This document shows, one piece after another, positions 7,812 to 16,671 of a stretch of 21,125 nt of DNA (position 1 is its first letter; each line of letters starts with the position of its first letter). The position numbers and the translations under genes are program-made. The stretch lies in assembly GCA_041288095.1 (NCBI GenBank), contig JBGGMJ010000084.1, positions 1 to 21,125 on the forward strand. The letters run 5' to 3'. This DNA comes from Myxococcota bacterium (GTDB lineage Bacteria; Myxococcota; XYA12-FULL-58-9; JALHOP01). The notes below the pieces were generated by a model. It had not been told where the DNA came from, did not search any database, and worked only from the letters and a program-made list of their open reading frames with translations.

Positions 7812-10351
7812 AGCAACTGCAGCACCGCCGCGAGCACGGTGAACGAGACGAGCAGCGTCGTCGCAAGACCCAAGCAAGCGACGAAGCCCATCGACTGCAG
7901 GCCTCGGTGGCTGGCCACGAAGAGCGAAGCAAAGCCCGCGATAGCGGTCAGGGTCGAGCTGGCAACGGCGGCGCCCACGGAGCGCAACGCCACGATCGGT
8001 GAGACGCCCTCGAGGAAACGGTGGAGCAAATAGAGGCCGTGACTCACGCCGAAGCCCAGGAGAATGGGCAGGATGACCACGTTCATGAAGTTCAGGTTGT
8101 GGTTGGTGATCGACAGCAGCCCGAGCATCATCAAGAGACCGACGCCGAGCGGGATGACGCTCGCGGCGGCAAGGGTGACCGAGCGGAAGTCGAGGTAGTG
8201 CATGAGCAAGATCCACAGCGTCGCCAGGATGACCGTGAGCTTGCCGTCCCAGAGGACGATGCGTGAGAGCTTGGCGTAGAGCTGGGCCAAACCCGCCGCG
8301 CGGTATTCGCCCTTCGACGTCTGGATGACCGATGTCTCATCGGCGAACTTGGTGAGCAGCTTGCTATCGCGGAGATCGACCGACGGATACACGAAGGTGA
8401 GCCAGCCACGGTTCTCGGGCTGCGCCTCCGGCTGATTGCGGAACTGGCTGGCGTAGATCTCCGGTACGTCCTCGACGCCGTACGGTTTGGCATCGAGCAT
8501 CTTCCAGAAGAGCGGCAGCTTCGCCTGCACGTCATCGGGTAGGAGGCTCGTGTCGATTTCCTTGAGCTCGTCTTTCCATTCGGTGAGGACGCGGGCGTTG
8601 GCCTCGGCGCGCTCGCGTGGCGGCACGAAGGAGTAGATGCTGGCGACGGTGTCCACCGAGGGGAACTCCGCCTTGTTGACCGACGGATAGGTCTTCTGGT
8701 CGCCGGAGAGCTTGTCGAAGACCGCCTTCGCCTCCTCGATGGTCGGGGTGTAGATGCCGATCGGGTCGCTCGAGATCTGGTAGCGCTCGTTGATCTCCTC
8801 TTGCAGAAGCACCGAGTTTTGCTTCGCCGGCAGGAAGGCGCGGGCGTCGTAGTCGAAGCGCACGCCATTGCGGAGGCGCTCGATCATGGACGGTGGCCGG
8901 TCCTTGGGGAGATCGGTGACCGACCAGGGAACCGCGAAAGCGCACACGGCCGCGACGACGACGGTGCAGACCAGCAGCATGCGGCCGGGCCGCGGGATGC
9001 GGAGCTCGCCATGCGCGCCGACGGCTTTTGGTGGGTCCATGTGACCGATGAGCTTTTCGACCCACGCCGGGTTCGCGCGGCCGACGAGGGCCAAGACCGC
9101 GGGGCAGAAGGCGAAGAGGGTGAAACCCAAGATGAGCGTGCCACAACCCGCGAGGAAGCCGAACTGCGAGAAGCCACGGAACTCGGACACCATCAGCACC
9201 ATGAACGAGCCGCCGGTGACCACCGCCGCGATGAAGGCGGGGCGGCCGGCGTTCACCAAGGCATCGCGAATGGCGAGGTCGTAGGACTTGCCCGCTCCCA
9301 GCTCGATGCGGGTGCGGAAGGTGAAGTGGATGCCGTAGTCGACACCGAACCCCATCAAGATGCCGCCCAAGATGCTGGTGATCATGTTGAGCTGGCCGAC
9401 GGTGATGTAGACGAAGCCCATGGTCAGGATGGTGCCGATGGCCGTGCCGATGAGCACCAGGAACGACGGGACGACCTTGCGAAAGAACAGGAGCGTGATC
9501 ACGAAGATCGACAAGAACGCCGCGATGGTGACCGGCTCGAGAGAGTCCGCGATGGCGTACGAATCGTCGACGTTGGTCTTGTAGGTGCCGGTGTACCCGT
9601 ACGCGATGGTGCCGCCTTGGCCTATCGTCTTGTAGTCCTCGACCAGCTTCACGCCGTGGGGATTGCTGGCCGAGTAGTCGGCCAGCATCTTGTCCATCTT
9701 GACGATGAAGTCCTTGGTCTTGCCGAGCTGGTTGCCGTCCCACATCGGCTTCATCAGCAGGATCATCATCTTCTGATCGGGCGAGATGTAATATTCGTCG
9801 ACGATGCTCTTCTTGCCGACGCTCGTGTATTTGCCGATGATGTCGGAGACGTCGAGCTTCACCGGCTCCGTCTTGCGTAGCTCGATGTAGAACGGGTTCG
9901 CCTTGCGGATCTGGTCCTTCACGAACTTGTTGACGCGCGTCTTCACCTCGATGAGGTCGCTCGTGTCCACGAACAGGACCATCTTCTCCTGCATGAACTC
10001 GACGGGGATGCGGTAGGTGACGTTGCGCACGTCGTCGGTGTCGGCGCGCAGGAGAGCCGCGAGGTCGTCGGCCACCAGCTTGAGCTTCGCAGGATCGTCG
10101 GCGCGCATGCCGAGCACGAGGAAGCCGACGCCGCCGATCATGTCGATCATGCGGTTGACTGCCTTCACCTCGGGCAAGTCCTGCGAAATGAGATCGAGCT
10201 GGTTCGAGTTGATCGTGAGCTTGCTGGTCGCCCAGGTGGCGGCGGCGCACAGGACGAGCAGCGTGAGCAGCACCGCGAGCGGGCGTTTCACGATGAAGTT
10301 GGCGTAGGCGGTCGGGATCCGGGTGGCGAGGCTGTCGGGGCTGTGACTCAT
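7739..10351 (-). CDS. MMPL/RND-superfamily transporter (putative lipid exporter)
   Basis: 870 aa with two repeats of TM + large extracytoplasmic domain + 5 TM. TM4 'ILMGFGVDYGIHF..R...E', 'F.GFSQFGFLAGCG'; second half 'NFMNVVILPILLGFGVSHG', 'SSTLTAIAGFASL', 'HRGLQSMG'. Confidence 0.9.
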   Translation of the reverse strand: MSHSPDSLATRIPTAYANFIVKRPLAVLLTLLVLCAAATWATSKLTINSNQLDLISQDLPEVKAVNRMIDMIGGVGFLVLGMRADDPAKLKLVADDLAALLRADTDDVRNVTYRIPVEFMQEKMVLFVDTSDLIEVKTRVNKFVKDQIRKANPFYIELRKTEPVKLDVSDIIGKYTSVGKKSIVDEYYISPDQKMMILLMKPMWDGNQLGKTKDFIVKMDKMLADYSASNPHGVKLVEDYKTIGQGGTIAYGYTGTYKTNVDDSYAIADSLEPVTIAAFLSIFVITLLFFRKVVPSFLVLIGTAIGTILTMGFVYITVGQLNMITSILGGILMGFGVDYGIHFTFRTRIELGAGKSYDLAIRDALVNAGRPAFIAAVVTGGSFMVLMVSEFRGFSQFGFLAGCGTLILGFTLFAFCPAVLALVGRANPAWVEKLIGHMDPPKAVGAHGELRIPRPGRMLLVCTVVVAAVCAFAVPWSVTDLPKDRPPSMIERLRNGVRFDYDARAFLPAKQNSVLLQEEINERYQISSDPIGIYTPTIEEAKAVFDKLSGDQKTYPSVNKAEFPSVDTVASIYSFVPPRERAEANARVLTEWKDELKEIDTSLLPDDVQAKLPLFWKMLDAKPYGVEDVPEIYASQFRNQPEAQPENRGWLTFVYPSVDLRDSKLLTKFADETSVIQTSKGEYRAAGLAQLYAKLSRIVLWDGKLTVILATLWILLMHYLDFRSVTLAAASVIPLGVGLLMMLGLLSITNHNLNFMNVVILPILLGFGVSHGLYLLHRFLEGVSPIVALRSVGAAVASSTLTAIAGFASLFVASHRGLQSMGFVACLGLATTLLVSFTVLAAVLQLLYDKRKSENASTTADKTSGLKHSA

Positions 10352-10437
10352 TTTGCTTGGTCGGGACTTAGCGCAATCCCCAAGGCGCCGCCACTGGGTC
10401 TTGGATCCACGCCGCTGTCAGTGCTAGGCAGGCCGCT

Positions 10438-11115
10438 ATGACGACGAGCACTACGCGTAACGTTCGCGTTTCCTTCGTGGTTCCCGCTTCCCCCGACGAC
10501 GTCTATGGCGCCTGGCTCGACAGCTCCGCGCACGCGGCGATGACCGGTGGTCAACGTGCCGAGATCGAGCCCCGCACGTTCGGCCGCCACATGGCCGGCG
10601 ACGGCTACATCGAAGGGGTCATCCTCGAGCTCGACACCGGCCGCCGCATCGTCCAGACCTGGCGCTCGAGCGAGTTCCAGAAGAGCTCGCCGGACTCCCG
10701 CCTCGAAGTGCACTTCGGGCACGCGAGCGGTGGCACCCGGGTCGGCATCGAGCATGAGGACGTGCCGGTCGAGCTGGCGGACGACATCGAAGCCGGCTGG
10801 ACGAAGTTCTACGCCGAGCCGATGCGCGCTTATTTCTCCCAGCAAGGCAAGCGCACCAAGGTGAAGTCGCCCATGGCGAAAGCCAAGAGCGCCGGCAAGG
10901 CCGTGAAAGCCAAGGCCGCTAAAGCGGGCAAGAAGGTCGCCAAGGTCGCCAAGGCGGCGGTGAAGAAGGCCAAGGCCGCGGTGAAGAAAGCGCGCGGTAA
11001 GACCAAGGTGAAGGCCACCGCCAAGAAGAAGGCGAAGCCCGCCAAGAAGGCCAAGCCGAAGAAGGTGGCGAAAGCGCGGGGCGGCAAGAGCAAGAAGAAG
11101 GCGCGCAAGCGCTGA
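10438..11115 (+). CDS. AHSA1/SRPBCC (START-like) domain protein with a C-terminal Lys/Ala-rich histone H1-like tail
   Basis: N-terminal ~135 aa show the AHSA1 pattern 'ASPDDVYGAWLDS..H', 'G.ILELDTGRRIVQTWR', 'GGTRV.IEH', 'GWTKFYAEPM'. The last 80 aa contain 33 Lys + 4 Arg and no acidic residue. Confidence 0.85.
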   Translation: MTTSTTRNVRVSFVVPASPDDVYGAWLDSSAHAAMTGGQRAEIEPRTFGRHMAGDGYIEGVILELDTGRRIVQTWRSSEFQKSSPDSRLEVHFGHASGGTRVGIEHEDVPVELADDIEAGWTKFYAEPMRAYFSQQGKRTKVKSPMAKAKSAGKAVKAKAAKAGKKVAKVAKAAVKKAKAAVKKARGKTKVKATAKKKAKPAKKAKPKKVAKARGGKSKKKARKR

Positions 11116-13563
11116 ATGCGCGCCCGTCGCCGGCACATCAGCGGCGTCATCCTTGCCCTCATCGTCGCTAGCTGCGGCGGCGGGGGCGCCGGCTCCAACA
11201 ACGACGATGACGAGGAAGACTGCGAGCTGAGTCAGAGCGAGATCGAAACGCTCTGCAACGACGCGCGGTTTTGTCTCACCTGGACCTTCAACTGCGCGAC
11301 CCGGACCTGCAGCTACCTGAGCCGTAACTGCGACGACGGCAACGCCTGCACCAACGACAGCTGCGACGAGAGCGCCGACACTTGCGTCAGCACGCCGCGC
11401 GGGGCCATCGGCAGCGAAGGGTCGCCCGGTAGCACTGCTTGCAGCGACGGCCTCGACAACGACTGCGACGGCTATCCCGACACCCAAGACCCGAACTGCG
11501 GCGGCTGCGCCATCAACAGCCACTGCGACGACGACAACCCCTGCACCACCGACGTCTGCGCGAGCAACGTCTGCTCGAGCACACCGCTGCCCGCGAGCAG
11601 CACCTGTGACGACGCTGATGATTGCACTCTCGACGACACCTGCATCGCCGGCGCATGCGTTGGTGCAACGCGCGATGATGACGCGGATGGTTTCGCGTCG
11701 ATCGCCTGTGGCGGCTTGGACTGCGACGACGACGCTGCCGGCATCCATCCGGACGCGCCCGAGAATCAGGCGACGACCAACTGCGACGACGGCATCGACA
11801 ACGATTGCGACGCCACCAAGGACGACCTCGACCCGACCTGCGGCAACCAGGTCTGCAATAGCGATGGTTGGTGCTGGCTCTATCCGCGCGCCTTCGGCTC
11901 GGTCATTCGCGGCGGCTACGGTCTCGCCGCCGACGACGTGTGGTTGGTCGGCGAGCTGGGCACGGCGATCCACTGGGATGGGGCGTCCTTCGAGCAGCAC
12001 CCGACGGGGACGACGGTAACGCTGCGCGGCGTTTGGGGGGCCGCGACCAACGATGTCGTCGCGGTCGGCGACGACGGAACGATTCTGCGCTGGGACGGCG
12101 GTGCCTGGACCGCGGAAGCCGACGCCGACGTGCCGACCGACGTCCATCTCTTCGCGGTCACCGGCACATCCGCTTCAGCGGTCTGGGCCGTGGGCAACGC
12201 GGGGACTATCTTGTTCTCGAGCGGCGGTGCCTGGGTCGCCGAGACCAGCAATGTCGTAGCCCCGCTTAGGGCAATTGCCGTCGGACCGGGCGGTGAGGCC
12301 TGGGCGGTCGGCGACAGTAGCACGGTCACGCACCGCAGCGGTGGAGTCTGGGCGCCGGCCAACAGCGGCGTGGTCTCCACCGCCCTCGTCAGCGTGCATC
12401 GCTTCACCGACGGTACGGTCTGGACCTTCGGCAGCAGCTACTTCGCGGCCTCGTGGAACGGCAGCGGTTGGGTCGACCTGCCCGAGCCGTCTCCCTTCCG
12501 CATCGTCTACGTTGTCGGCGACACTCCGAACGACGTGTGGCTCGGCAGCACCTTCAACGCGGCGCCGCTGCATTGGAACGGCAGCGACGTCGACATTGCG
12601 ACAGCGTTGCCGAACGGCGACACCCTGGGCCTGCTCATCGAGGCGGGGAGTGACCTCTGGGCCCTCGCCGACCGCGGCGAGCTCTGGGTACGTCGCGCCG
12701 CCGCGTGGGAGCAAGCGCACGAGGCGCTGCCCGTCGAGGGCTTCGGGGTGACGGGTGCCTTCGCGCGCACGGCCGAAGATCTGTGGCTCGTCGGCGGCAA
12801 CGGTCTTGTCGTGCACTGGAACGGCAAGCACTGGGCCTACGAGATCGTCGACGATGCGCGGTGTGATCTCGACGGCGTTTGGGCCGCGAGCGCCGACGAT
12901 GTTTGGTTGGTGGGCTACGACGGCACCCATGGCTGCGTCTTGCGTCGCACCGGCGGCGGCTGGACGCGCGTCTACGAGCCGGCCGGGCACCACCTGCGCG
13001 CCATTCACGGCTTGTCGGCCGGCGGCATCTACGTGGTGAGCGACGATCGAGGGACAAATCCCATCACCGGCGCCTTGCACCGCTTCGATGGTGCGACGTG
13101 GACGAAGGTCGTGCAGCGCAACAGCCCGACGTGGTCCGTTTTCGCGATCAGTGACGCGCTGGTGGTCATGGGCGGCTCGAACGGCGCGTCGGCGTGGAAC
13201 GGAGTCCAACTGACGAACCTGTTGGGTGGCACTCTCCGCGTCAACGCAATCTACGCGGCGTCACCGACGCAGGTCTTCCTCGCGGGCAGGGGACCCATCG
13301 GCGACCCGGCGGGGACGGTTTGGCTGTGGAACGGCGGCACGTCGCCGACCGTGGAATTGCAGGGCTTGCCGGTGGCCATCAACGGCATCCACGGCACCTC
13401 GGCGAGCAGCTATTGGATTGGTCTCGCCGACGGCACGACGCGCTACTGGAACGGCGGCACCTGGGAGACCAGCGCCGGTCTCGAGAATCGCCTCACGACG
13501 ATCACCGGTTCGGGCAGCACGGTCTTCGCCGTGGGTGGGGGCGTGTCGCTGCATCAGCCCTGA
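11116..13563 (+). CDS. Large lipoprotein: Cys/Asp-rich repeat region followed by a predicted beta-propeller of 'L..VWG....DVWAVG..G.IL.WDG' repeats
   Basis: Starts directly after the upstream TGA. Basic N-terminus, hydrophobic stretch and lipobox VASC (Cys20, codon 11173-11175). Repeats CDDGNACTNDSC, CDDDNPCTTDVC, CDDADDCTLDDTC, CSDGLDNDCDG, CDDGIDNDCDA. From about 11875, ~40-aa Trp-rich repeats such as LRGVWGAATNDVVAVGDDGTILRWDG and LDGVWAASADDVWLVG. Confidence 0.85.
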   Translation: MRARRRHISGVILALIVASCGGGGAGSNNDDDEEDCELSQSEIETLCNDARFCLTWTFNCATRTCSYLSRNCDDGNACTNDSCDESADTCVSTPRGAIGSEGSPGSTACSDGLDNDCDGYPDTQDPNCGGCAINSHCDDDNPCTTDVCASNVCSSTPLPASSTCDDADDCTLDDTCIAGACVGATRDDDADGFASIACGGLDCDDDAAGIHPDAPENQATTNCDDGIDNDCDATKDDLDPTCGNQVCNSDGWCWLYPRAFGSVIRGGYGLAADDVWLVGELGTAIHWDGASFEQHPTGTTVTLRGVWGAATNDVVAVGDDGTILRWDGGAWTAEADADVPTDVHLFAVTGTSASAVWAVGNAGTILFSSGGAWVAETSNVVAPLRAIAVGPGGEAWAVGDSSTVTHRSGGVWAPANSGVVSTALVSVHRFTDGTVWTFGSSYFAASWNGSGWVDLPEPSPFRIVYVVGDTPNDVWLGSTFNAAPLHWNGSDVDIATALPNGDTLGLLIEAGSDLWALADRGELWVRRAAAWEQAHEALPVEGFGVTGAFARTAEDLWLVGGNGLVVHWNGKHWAYEIVDDARCDLDGVWAASADDVWLVGYDGTHGCVLRRTGGGWTRVYEPAGHHLRAIHGLSAGGIYVVSDDRGTNPITGALHRFDGATWTKVVQRNSPTWSVFAISDALVVMGGSNGASAWNGVQLTNLLGGTLRVNAIYAASPTQVFLAGRGPIGDPAGTVWLWNGGTSPTVELQGLPVAINGIHGTSASSYWIGLADGTTRYWNGGTWETSAGLENRLTTITGSGSTVFAVGGGVSLHQP

Positions 13564-13582
13564 GCCGCGGCGCGATTCGTGT

Positions 13583-14254
13583 TTACCCGCGCGTGTCGCC
13601 GGGGCGAGCTCGGATCTGCCCCTGTTCGGCCTGGAACGAGCGGGTGTCGGCGTTGATGCTGTTGACGATGCCGTCGTTGACCCTGTCACTGGTCAGCGGT
13701 CGTCCGGTGGCGGTGCCTTCCTTGCGAACGTCACGGAGCACGGCGTTCCCAGCGTTTTCGAATTGCGACACCATCTGCGGGCCGGTCTTGCCATCAACCT
13801 GACCACTCCAGACCTCGCGGTCGCCGCGCATGATTTGCATGCGTCCGGAGTTCTCCGGATCGCGTTGCGCCGTCAGATTCGGATCGGCGCTCGCGGCGCC
13901 GCGAATGCCCGCTTCAGCGGTGCGATCTGTGGGTACTCCGGCTTCGTGAGCGCCGCGCACGGTACGACCTTGCTCCTGAATGTGCGATTCGGTGAGGGAC
14001 CCGCGGGCCCCGGGTTGGGTGCCACCGCGTGAGGCGGAGACGCTCCCGGCGGGCGCGACGCCCTGGTCGCTGCGAAGAAATGCCTGGCGATCGAACGACC
14101 CAATCGGGCCCGATCCCTGGTAGTCGCCCTGAATCGGCTTGTGCTCGCGAGCGGGAGCGCGCTGCTGCGCCCCGCCGGCATTGCCAACGCTGCCGTCGTT
14201 GGACGGCGCACGTACGGTGCTGGCTGCGGTGGTGCTCGAGCCAATGGCGGTCAT
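13583..14254 (-). CDS. Hypothetical hydrophilic protein (223 aa) with a low-complexity Ser/Thr/Ala/Gly N-terminus
   Basis: Only ORF that cleanly fills the gap between the lipoprotein stop (13563) and the GH3 stop (14293). ATG start, TAA stop, ordinary composition unlike the Arg-rich shadow frames. No family motif recognised. Confidence 0.65.
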   Translation of the reverse strand: MTAIGSSTTAASTVRAPSNDGSVGNAGGAQQRAPAREHKPIQGDYQGSGPIGSFDRQAFLRSDQGVAPAGSVSASRGGTQPGARGSLTESHIQEQGRTVRGAHEAGVPTDRTAEAGIRGAASADPNLTAQRDPENSGRMQIMRGDREVWSGQVDGKTGPQMVSQFENAGNAVLRDVRKEGTATGRPLTSDRVNDGIVNSINADTRSFQAEQGQIRARPGDTRG

Positions 14255-14292
14255 GGTGGTCCAGCCACATACCCAGACACACCAAAAACCGG

Positions 14293-16581
14293 CTAAGGCG
14301 TGACCTCGAACTGGGCTTCGAGCCCGCCAGCACTACTGTTTCCGACCCAGAGGGTAAACGTGCCCGGCTCGACCAAGGGCACGCCGTTGGCGTCGATGAT
14401 GGCGAGCTCGCTGATGGGCACCCGTAGGGTCACGTCGCGTGATTGGCGCCTAGGCACGTCGACGCGGACGAAGTCCTTGAGCTCCTTCGAGGGCCGCGTA
14501 ATCGTCGCATAGTCATCCCGCACGTAGAGCTGCACGACCTCGATGCCGTCGCGCTCGCCGACGTTGGTGATGCGCACTTTCACGTCGAGGGTGTCCGCGG
14601 GCGTGAGCGTCGTAGACGAGAGGGCAAGCTGCGAGAGCTCGAAGCGCGTGTACGTGAGCCCGTAGCCGAACGGGTAGAGCGGAGCGTTCTTCTCGTCGAT
14701 GTAGCGCGAGAAGTAGCGCTCCGGATAATCGGCGAGGAGGATGCCGCTATCGGCGCCGCGCAGCGGACGTCCGCTCGGGCGCATGCCGTAGTAGAGCGGC
14801 TCTTGACCGACGGAACGCGGCACCGTCGCCGCGAGCTTCGCCGTCGGCGCGAAGTCTCCGAACAGGATGTCGACCACCGAATGGCCGTGCTCGATACCGA
14901 GGTGCCAGCTCTCGACGATGGCAGCGGCTCCATCGTCGAGCCACGGCAGCGCCAGCGGTCGGCCGTTCACGAGCACGGTGACCAGCGGCGTTCCGGTCGT
15001 GAGCACGGCGCGCAGGAGCTGCTCCTGCTGCTTCGGCAGCCCCAGCCATGTCTTGCTCGCGGCTTCGCCGCTCGACTGTTCGGTTTCGCCGACCACCGCG
15101 ATGACGAGATCGGCGGCGCGCGCGTCGTTGACGGCGCGCTCGATGGCGTTCATCGGCTCCTCGTCGGCGCCGGGGCGCTCGTCGATACCGGGCGTGTAGG
15201 TGAGCGTGATCTCGTCGCGGGTGACGCGCTCGGTGAGCGCCTTGAACAGCGTCACCACGTCTTCGGGGCGTCCCTGACCATGCCAGGGGCCCAACATGTC
15301 GACGCGCGAATCCGCCAGCGGCCCGATGAGCGCGACGCGCTTCACGCGGCTCTTGTCGATGGGCAGCACGCCCTCGTTTTTCAGCAAGACGATCGATTTG
15401 CGCCCCGCCTCGCGCGCGAAGGTCCGATCGAGCGGTGGCGCGGTGCGCGGGGTGTAGTCGCGATTCCAGCCGTCCATGGAGAGCTTCGCGCGCAAGACGC
15501 GACGCACGGACTCGTCGATGAGCGACTCGGGGATCTCACCGCGCAACACCAGCTCGGCCAAGGTCTCGGCGTAGACCGCGCTCTGCATGTCGACGTCGAC
15601 GGATGCTTGCAACGCGATCTTGCCAGCCTGTACGCGATCGCGGGCAACCCGGTGGGCCATGAGCTCGCTGATGGCGCCGTAGTCGCTGACGATGACGCCT
15701 TCGAAGCCCCAGGTGCCGCGCAAGACGTCCCGCAACATCGGCTTGTTGCTGGTCATCGGCACGCCGTTCACGTCGTTGAAGGACACCATGATCGAGTCGA
15801 CGCCGGCCTGCACCGCGGCGCGAAACGGCGGGAAGTAGACCTCGTAGAGCTTCTCGCGCGACAGATCGACGGTGGCGTAGTCGCGACCCGACTCGGCGGC
15901 GCCGTAGGCGACGAAGTGTTTGGCGGTGGCCATGATGTGGCCGCGGAACCCGCGCACGCTCGCGGAGGACATGCGCGACGCGAGCAGCGGGTCTTCGCCG
16001 AAGCTTTCGACGATGCGCCCCCAGCGTGCGTCGCGTGAGATGTCGACCATTGGCGCGTAGGTCCAATCGATGCCCGCGTAAGCGGACTCGAGTGCGCCGA
16101 TGCGCGCGGCCCGCTGCGCAAGGCCGACGTCGAACGAGCCGGCGAGCGCCAGCGGCACCGGGTAGGTCGTGCGGTAGCCGTGGACGGTGTCGTAGCCAAA
16201 GAGCAGGGGAATGCCGAGCGGCGAGTGATCGCGCGCGATGCGCTGCAGCTTCTCCACGAGGTTTGCGTCGGCGACGTTGAAGATCGAACCGACCTCGCCG
16301 CGAGCGATGAGCTCCTCGTAGCCACCGGTGATTCCGATGGCGGGACCGGTAAGCGCCCCCCACGTGTATTTGGTGAGCTGCCCGACCTTCTGCGCCAGCG
16401 TCATCTTCCGCAGGATGGTCGCGATGCAGCCGTCGACCTTGGCGGCGGGCAAGGCTTCGCCCAAGGCCGGCACGTCGATGGTCGCGCACGCCAGCTCGAC
16501 CTCGGAGTCACGTGCCCATGCCGCCTCGGGGACGGCTAACAGACCCGCGACAACCACCAGCGCTGCCGTCAGTTTTTGCAT
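14293..16581 (-). CDS. bglX: Periplasmic/secreted GH3 beta-glucosidase (BglX-like) with C-terminal Fn3-like domain
   Basis: Start moved to ATG 16581 (signal peptide MQKLTAALVVVAGLLAVPEAAWA; 762 aa). Motifs 'GIPLLFGYDTVHG', 'APMVDISRDARWGRIVESFGEDP', 'KHFVAYG', nucleophile 'VSDY', 'SIVLLKN', 'SGEAAS', 'PLYPFGYGLTYT', 'EVVQLYVRD', 'RPSKELKDF'. Confidence 0.93.
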   Translation of the reverse strand: MQKLTAALVVVAGLLAVPEAAWARDSEVELACATIDVPALGEALPAAKVDGCIATILRKMTLAQKVGQLTKYTWGALTGPAIGITGGYEELIARGEVGSIFNVADANLVEKLQRIARDHSPLGIPLLFGYDTVHGYRTTYPVPLALAGSFDVGLAQRAARIGALESAYAGIDWTYAPMVDISRDARWGRIVESFGEDPLLASRMSSASVRGFRGHIMATAKHFVAYGAAESGRDYATVDLSREKLYEVYFPPFRAAVQAGVDSIMVSFNDVNGVPMTSNKPMLRDVLRGTWGFEGVIVSDYGAISELMAHRVARDRVQAGKIALQASVDVDMQSAVYAETLAELVLRGEIPESLIDESVRRVLRAKLSMDGWNRDYTPRTAPPLDRTFAREAGRKSIVLLKNEGVLPIDKSRVKRVALIGPLADSRVDMLGPWHGQGRPEDVVTLFKALTERVTRDEITLTYTPGIDERPGADEEPMNAIERAVNDARAADLVIAVVGETEQSSGEAASKTWLGLPKQQEQLLRAVLTTGTPLVTVLVNGRPLALPWLDDGAAAIVESWHLGIEHGHSVVDILFGDFAPTAKLAATVPRSVGQEPLYYGMRPSGRPLRGADSGILLADYPERYFSRYIDEKNAPLYPFGYGLTYTRFELSQLALSSTTLTPADTLDVKVRITNVGERDGIEVVQLYVRDDYATITRPSKELKDFVRVDVPRRQSRDVTLRVPISELAIIDANGVPLVEPGTFTLWVGNSSAGGLEAQFEVTP

Positions 16582-16671
16582 CCTGCTGGGCTGTGCGTGC
16601 CCGACAACTGGGTGACAGGTCAACCCAACAAAACGGGACACGACGCGGCAGGGGCACCCGATGATCGCACC

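Noticed and set aside
10900..11110. Short nucleotide repeats (gccaagaagg, gcggtgaagaa) as a possible CRISPR or VNTR
   Set aside because: Imperfect, in-frame codon repeats of the Lys/Ala tail with no repeat-spacer periodicity.
10873..11850. Charge complementarity between the basic SRPBCC tail and the acidic lipoprotein stalk as a partner pair
   Set aside because: The predicted compartments differ (cytoplasm versus exported lipoprotein) and nothing else supports an interaction.
10348..12147. 599-aa minus-strand ORF abutting the MMPL start
   Set aside because: Antisense to the SRPBCC and lipoprotein genes; its Leu- and Val-rich stretches mirror their Lys and Asp codons.
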